NCBI GenBank assembly: GCA_963749915.1
Contig: CAVVOP010000016.1
Span: forward strand, 1 to 14,485
DNA: 14,485 nucleotides
Direction of reading: 5' to 3'
Origin: an uncultured cyanobacterium
GTDB taxonomy: Bacteria; Cyanobacteriota; Cyanobacteriia; Cyanobacteriales; Cyanobacteriaceae
Program-made: the position numbers and the translations under genes
Part shown: one piece after another, positions 9,891 through 14,485 of the stretch
Numbering within the stretch: position 1 is the first letter of the stretch
Layout of the letters: the number at the start of each line of letters is the position of its first letter
The notes under the pieces: model-generated
Databases searched by the model: none
What the model was told of the DNA's origin: nothing
The model's input: the letters and a program-made list of their open reading frames with translations, nothing else

Positions 9891-10013
9891 TTATGAGCTT
9901 GTTTGGTTTTTATTTATCTTTTTATCGTATTTTTCTTTAAATAAGCTACCAAATCCTAAAGCAGCAATCGAGCCAAGTATAGTTAAAGGTTCGGGAACAG
10001 ATGTGGGCAAGTT
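9891..10013 (-). pseudogene. PEP-CTERM sorting-domain tail, 5' part lost at the ISKra4-like boundary
   Basis: NLPTSVPEPLTILGSIAALGFGSLFKEKYDKK: VPEP, TM helix, basic tail. Upstream codons of ORF 9891..10103 are IS sequence. Confidence 0.85.
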
Positions 10014-11330
10014 GGGAGCATCCCATTTTTGCAAAAATAGAAAAACATATACGATGCTACTAAAATAATCAGTAGTCTTAAGCAAGTAGTGCAAATTTAC
10101 CATTCAGATAAGCACAACGCAACTGCAATATTTTATTCACATCCTCTTTTTTCCACTGTGCCCCTGTTAGTTTTATTCTTTGACTGATTTGTTTTACTCC
10201 TGATTCTACTGCTCCACTACCGATGGAACAAATTTTTTCTCTTTGACAATATTCGTAATTGATGACTCGGTACCGATGCTTTTGAAGATATTTAACCATT
10301 TTTTTTCCTCCTGTTGGTTCTAATCTTTCTAATAATGAAATTGCCTCTGATACCTGTCCTGCCCATAACTGTCCTTCTAATTTTTCCAAGATGGACTTTT
10401 GTGCCTCCATTTTGTACAGATTTTCTCTCAGATGATACCAATCCAAAATTTCCACTCGATTTTCTTCCTCTCCAATCTCTTCAAATATATTCCAAACTCC
10501 ATCATGTCCATCTCCTAAACAATATATTGGTGATGTCAAAGGTTGACTGTTGATCCAATCACTTAAACAAAGATTTGATTGGAAAAAAGCTCCATAATAA
10601 AGTCCTTGTAACCTTGCTGTCTTGTAGTCTTGCCAATAGCTTGGTTCTCCTTTGACTTCACTTCTCAATCGTACTTTTCCCCCATCTACTGCTATTTCTG
10701 ATAATCCTTGTTTCATTTCTGCATCTGGCAAATCCACCTGATTTACTTTTCTATGGAAAGTCGAATGACCGACTTTAATTCCTGTCAATATGGACAAATC
10801 TTGTTGTGCATTTTGATAAGACTCATTGGCACTTAGTAAAAGACAACATTTTTCTAGCAACGGACTCAAACGAGTTGATGGTTCTATTCCCAAATATTGT
10901 GCTTGTTTTTGACTAATAGAAATAGTTCCTAAACAACTTTTAAGAGTTCTGACCCTTCCTGATAGTGGTAAATTTGTTTTCTTCTCGATAAAAAAAGGGT
11001 GAGTTGAGGACTAACAAACTCTAAAATTTGATGACGTACATGATTTTCCAAATGGGCAAAAGACTCACAATCGTCAGCGTTACTATAACGGTAAAGAATC
11101 TCACTAGCTTTTCTCAAAGAGTTATCCAACTCTAACCGATCTTCAGGAGTCATGTTAATTGTAGAAATCATAGTTAGTAAGTAGGTTTAAAATAAATGTG
11201 GATAATTCAATTATTACTCTCGGTCTGAAGAAAGTATCAAGTTTTTAAAATAAGACAATATTTTATGCTTCTGAAAGCAACACAAATAAAATTGCAAAAA
11301 TGGGATGCTCCCCAAAAATGGGATGCTCCC
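10014..11330 (-). mobile_element. ISKra4-like element with a tandemly duplicated terminal IR
   Basis: 21-bp perfect IR gggagcatcccatttttgcaa (from 10014) / ttgcaaaaatgggatgctccc (ends 11312), then a second caaaaatgggatgctccc at 11313-11330. No TSD. Confidence 0.85.
10078..11171 (-). CDS. ISKra4-like transposase in two ORFs joined by a -1 frameshift
   Basis: ORFs 10929..11171 and 10078..10893 are bridged by the -1 frame FFIEKKTNLPLSGRVRTLKSCLGTI.. at a T7 run (a7 at 10990-10996). Motifs VDGGKVR, LGDGHDGVW, LDWYHL, IGSGAVES. Confidence 0.8.
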
Positions 11331-12253
11331 GTGGAAAGCCGCACAGCCTGAAGTCTATGTGGCTGATGCAGCCCTCTACAGTGAAGAGAACATTGAAGTG
11401 TTAGGAGAGACCCCTTGGATTAGCCGCGTCCCTGCCACCATCGCCGAGGCGCAACAGTTAATGCAGACTATCCCCCAGGAGATGTTCACTGTCAGTTCCT
11501 CGAACAACAACTACTTGATAGCTGAAGTATGCAGCACCTACGCCGGAGTGCGCCAGCGCTGGCTAGTAGTCCACAGCGAATCCCGTAAACAAGCTGACCT
11601 CAAGCAATTAGACAAACGAATTGCTCAAGCCAAAACGAAGAAAATCAAAGCTCTGAAAGAACTAGGCAATCATCCCTTCGCTTGTGAAGCTGATGCAGTA
11701 GATGCCGCCAAAGCTTTTGAGAAAAAGCTCAAGTATCATCGTCTGACTGATATTGAAGTTCTCCAGAAGCCCTACTATGACAAGCCCGGTCGTCCCCGAA
11801 AAGGAGATGTGCCTAAAGGCTACACCTATCATATAAGCGCGACTTTAGCTCTCCATGAGCCAGCAGTTAAAGCACAGCGCAACCAAGCCGGACGATTCGT
11901 ATTAGCGACCAACTTACTCGATGATCAGCAGTGGCCAAAGGAGACGATTCTGCAAGAGTATAAGAACCAGCAGTCCTGTGAGCGAGGTTTTCGCTTCCTC
12001 AAAGACCCCCTCTTTTTTGCTTCTCGGGTCTTTGTCAAGTTACCGCAACGAGTGGCTGCCTTGGCCATGATTATGGGGCTATGTTTGCTGGTCTACAGCA
12101 TCGGACAGCGACAACTGCGCTCCTCTTTGGCGATCGCCTCAGAAACGATTCCTAATCAAAAGGGTAAGCAGACAGAGCGACCAACGCTGCGGTGGGTAAT
12201 GCAATGTTTTCAGTAATATTATTTTCTTTGTTGAGAAACCTGCTGAATGTCGG
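11331..12253 (+). mobile_element. IS1634-family remnant (5'-truncated, internal 3' deletion)
   Basis: VADAALYS, WISRVP, GRFVLATN, YKNQQSCERGFRFLKDP, PTLRWVMQCFQ. Stops abruptly, then YYFLC* in another frame and a terminus-like cctgctgaatgtcgg. The first codons of ORF 11305 come from the ISKra4 IR. Confidence 0.85.
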
Positions 12254-12288
12254 CTGAGTTTTTAATTTAGATTATTTATTTTGTCATG
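12254..12288 (+). repeat. Small scrap of the IS982 5' end
   Basis: 12261-12288 is an exact 28-bp reverse complement of 3413-3440 (IS982 codons FNLDYLFCH), preceded by ctgagtttt resembling the IS982 IR. Confidence 0.75.
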
Positions 12289-12382
12289 GAGTATCAACTT
12301 TTTCCCTCAAAAATAATGCCCCTGCTATTGTTGTCGCAATAACAGTTAAACCAATGATAATAGGATAAGCAATTGATAAATT
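12289..12382. repeat. 94-bp direct repeat of 12966-13059 (internal piece of the SMR/DMT gene)
   Basis: gagtatYaactttttccctc..gcaattgataaatt; one mismatch (c12295 vs t12972). Confidence 0.93.
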
Positions 12383-12680
12383 ATTTTTTCCTGATAACGA
12401 TATATTTGCTCCAAATGCATTAAGTCAAAAATACACTAATACTGGATTAGAAGGAATTACCGGACGTCTCCCTGTTGATTTAGTTACTCTGGTAGATCCA
12501 AGGACAATTGAGTTGGATTGGCGGATATTTAATGGTGTTGATGCTTTGAGAGTCATTACTTATGGTGATAGTCCCGTGAGTATTCCTGAACCCACAACCA
12601 TTTTGGGTACAGCAATATTTCTCGGTTTCGGTACGTTATTTAAACGCAAGTCATTAAAGTCAAAAATATTGACAAGATAA
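12381..12680 (+). pseudogene. 5'-truncated PEP-CTERM protein (not in the ORF track)
   Basis: Open frame LFFPDNDIFAPNALSQKYTNTGLEG..SPVSIPEPTTILGTAIFLGFGTLFKRKSLKSKILTR* (TAA 12678-12680). No start; fused directly to the 94-bp repeat. Confidence 0.85.
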
Positions 12681-12689
12681 GTATACTAT

Positions 12690-12850
12690 CCTGGATTGTT
12701 CACCAAAGGCTAAAACCCTCATTATGAAGTAACTTCAAAAAACAGACTGTTTTTTTGAGGCGATGCCAAAGGCACGGCGAAGCTGCACGCTAGGATGTTT
12801 GTTGGACAGTGCTTTTGGAGATTTTCTTTGACCTTCATGAATAATCCAGG
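12690..12850. mobile_element. ~161-bp MITE-like element with an internal GC-rich small repeat
   Basis: IR cctggattgttca / tgaataatccagg (12/13); internal hairpin tcaaaaaacag..ctgtttttttga and GC-rich gcgatgccaaaggcacggcgaagctgcacgc (12760-12790). Confidence 0.55.
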
Positions 12851-12894
12851 TTATGTAAACTGGATTTGGGGTTAGACTCTAGAATTATTATATA

Positions 12895-13237
12895 TTACGG
12901 AGAAATTTTGTTAAGAGTTATTGTTAAAAGTCCACTTAAAATTAAACCAGTACCCATCCAATGAAGAGTATTAACTTTTTCCCTCAAAAATAATGCCCCT
13001 GCTATTGTTGTCGCAATAACAGTTAAACCAATGATAATAGGATAAGCAATTGATAAATTGAATTTACCTAATACTATAATGTAAAAAACTGTGCTAATTC
13101 CATAAGTAGTTATACCGCTTAAAAGATGAATATTAATTAAGTCCTGATTCTGTTCCGAGCTTAAGTAATACTTGAGCGGTAGTATTTAAAACAACCGTAA
13201 CCAACATTAAGAAAGCAAACCAAAGATTTTGTAACAT
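12895..13237 (-). pseudogene. SMR/DMT-family small membrane transporter (ArnE/ArnF-like), frameshifted
   Basis: MLQNLWFAFLMLVTVVLNTTAQVLLKLG, then a one-base shift near 13150, then QDLINIHLLSGITTYGISTVFYIIVLGKFNLSIAYPIIIGLTVIATTIAGALFLREKVNTLHWMGTGLILSGLLTI..SP*. Not in the ORF track. Confidence 0.85.
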
Positions 13238-13257
13238 GTTTTAAAATTAAGTAATTA

Positions 13258-13776
13258 CTATTGATCAATAAAATGATCAACTTTACAAAGTTCATCAATG
13301 AAAGCATAAGGAAATTGTACCCATTTACCAAATATTTTCTCCCACCAACGAGGGGGATGAGGAAGACTAGCAACTTGAATACAAGGACAGCCAACTAAAT
13401 AGGAACCTATTATGTCCGTATGAAGACTATCTCCAATCACAACAACTTGTTTTGGTTTCAGCTTCATTACCGATAGAGCTTTCCAGAAACTAAATGGAAA
13501 AGGTTTATAAGCTGGGTTAATTATAGGTATATTTAAGCGTTCAGACCAAATTTTCGCCCGAATACGACGTTTCCCGTTAGAAAGGATAAACACTTTTAAT
13601 CTTTGTGATTTTGCTTGTTGAATCCATTCCATTGCTCCAGGTGATAAATATTTGTCATCTTCGGAAACAATTGTATTATCAAGATTGAGGATAAAACCCC
13701 TAATATCAAATTGTTTTAAGGAGAGAATATCGATAGAAGCTAGAGTATGATGTTGTTGATTAAATTTCAAGACCAT
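13258..13776 (-). CDS. YqeG-family HAD IIIA phosphatase, motif I altered (NLDNT)
   Basis: ILSN, KP and IGDSLHTDI motifs; the first Asp of DxD is Asn (AAT). Confidence 0.85.
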   Translation of the reverse strand: MVLKFNQQHHTLASIDILSLKQFDIRGFILNLDNTIVSEDDKYLSPGAMEWIQQAKSQRLKVFILSNGKRRIRAKIWSERLNIPIINPAYKPFPFSFWKALSVMKLKPKQVVVIGDSLHTDIIGSYLVGCPCIQVASLPHPPRWWEKIFGKWVQFPYAFIDELCKVDHFIDQ

Positions 13777-13809
13777 AAAACAAGATGGTTAATAAGTATT
13801 GATATATAT

Positions 13810-13942
13810 TAGACTTGGTCGGTAATGAGAGAACAAAAATGCCCTTAAATCCTTACGTGATAAACACCTCAGTTAATTTTATTTATTACAATCATTAAAA
13901 GCCTTGCTGTGTAAGATTTTCAACTATTTCCGATTAAGTCTA
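13810..13942. mobile_element. ~133-bp MITE-like element
   Basis: IR tagacttggtcggtaat / atttccgattaagtcta (14/17) with TA ends, directly after the stop codon of the upstream gene. Confidence 0.55.
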
Positions 13943-14080
13943 TTATAGTAGTCCATAGTTCTTGAGTAACATAATACTAATAATTGACAAAACCCAACAT
14001 ATGACAGTTAATAAAATGGGAAGATCTTGTAACAAAATTTCTTCGGGCCTTTCACTTTTTTCATGTTCCATATCTCTTCT
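13943..14080 (-). pseudogene. 3' end of a UbiA-family (decaprenyl-phosphate phosphoribosyltransferase-like) gene, cut at the junction
   Basis: RRDMEHEKSERPEEILLQDLPILLTVICWVLSIISIMLLKNYGLL*. ERPEEILL.D.PI plus a final TM helix resembles the cyanobacterial enzyme's C-terminus; co-oriented with the yqeG-like and SMR genes. Confidence 0.65.
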
Positions 14081-14306
14081 GTGCAACCACCTCAACAGCC
14101 TCCTCAGATGCAGCAGCCTCAGCAGCCACCTCCTCAGCAAATGCAGGCGCAGCCACCCATGCAAATGCAGCCGCCGCCGCAGAGAGCACAAGCGCCGCCG
14201 GAGCATCATCATCATCCACCACCCATTATCAAGGCAGACCCGCAAATGCAGCAGTTGCCCATTCGTGCCTACCTAGATCAGACTGTGGTTCCCATTCTTC
14301 TCGATG
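14081..14306 (+). CDS. DPY30: Eukaryotic Dpy-30 (COMPASS/Set1 complex subunit), exon with Q/P-rich region; native 5' end missing
   Basis: [62 protein letters not shown] is the Dpy-30 signature. GC is 37/60 in line 14101 vs 16/60 in line 13981. Confidence 0.92.
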
Positions 14307-14423
14307 GTAGGTTGTTCGTTAGTACTCTTTTGTTGTTGAAATTAATCTCTCTTTATAAATCTCTGCGGATCTTACACTCGACACTCAACTTGCGCTCTTC
14401 TTCAATTTTTGGATGAACAACAG
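14307..14423 (+). other. 117-nt spliceosomal GT-AG intron, phase 1
   Basis: Donor g|gtaggt, acceptor caacag|g, candidate branch ctcaac (14384-14389), pyrimidine-rich tract, in-frame TGA at 14414-14416. Removal restores a continuous Dpy-30 motif. Confidence 0.92.
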
Positions 14424-14485
14424 GCATGTCGGAATTGGTCAAGGAGCGTCCTGCGAATCCTATTGAATACTTGGCAAGCTACTTG
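14424..14485 (+). CDS. DPY30: Dpy-30, next exon (runs off the window end)
   Basis: (G)[20 protein letters not shown] matches the Dpy-30 consensus KERP.NPIE.LA.YL. Confidence 0.92.

Noticed and set aside
11295..13059. CRISPR array or attL/attR pair from the 18-bp tandem and 94-bp direct repeats
   Set aside because: Only two copies each, no regular spacers, no cas or integrase; they are explained as an IS end and a gene fragment.
413..13394. Short ORFs 413..772, 1747..1953, 2026..2229, 2668..2886, 4325..4525, 5351..5563, 6448..6672, 6750..6944, 8656..8901, 8989..9192, 9110..9343, 10314..10553, 13161..13394
   Set aside because: Shadow or off-frame ORFs overlapping better-supported genes, IS ends or repeats, with no recognisable motifs.
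13944..13975. tatagtagtcc as another IS630 terminus
   Set aside because: The match to 6497-6507 is short and lies within the coding end (YGLL*) of the UbiA-like fragment.
13943..14245. 100-aa Leu/Arg/His-rich minus-strand ORF, and plus-strand ORF 13962..14276
   Set aside because: Antisense or off-frame readings of the CAG/CCN-rich Dpy-30 exon; only the last ~45 codons of the minus ORF look like a real bacterial gene.
14063..14416. 117-aa ORF as a single bacterial CDS
   Set aside because: It reads through an intron after ILLDG; the Dpy-30 motif continues only after the AG at 14423.

Overview
About 14.1 kb of AT-rich cyanobacterial DNA (HIP1 GCGATCGC sites, PEP-CTERM tails, cyanobacterial-type IS families) is joined abruptly at ~14080 to a eukaryotic nuclear gene: a Dpy-30 gene with a Q/P-rich N-terminus and a 117-nt GT-AG spliceosomal intron. 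The cyanobacterial part is heavily eroded. About 62% of it (~8.8 of 14.1 kb, from my boundaries) is IS DNA, in nine elements or remnants: IS1, IS982 with a nested IS4, a DDE_Tnp_4/IS5-like remnant, IS5, IS630, ISL3, ISKra4-like and IS1634. There are also several MITE-like and hairpin insertions. Nearly every host gene is broken: SF2 DExH helicase (nonsense codon plus IS insertions), TolB/PD40 lipoprotein (split by ISL3), a Ca-binding repeat protein and two PEP-CTERM proteins (5'-truncated), an SMR/DMT transporter (frameshift), a YqeG HAD phosphatase (catalytic D->N) and a UbiA-family gene (cut at the eukaryotic junction). The junction is either real DNA transfer between a cyanobacterium and a eukaryote or an assembly/amplification chimera; this window alone cannot decide. 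Family assignments are from motif recognition, not database searches.
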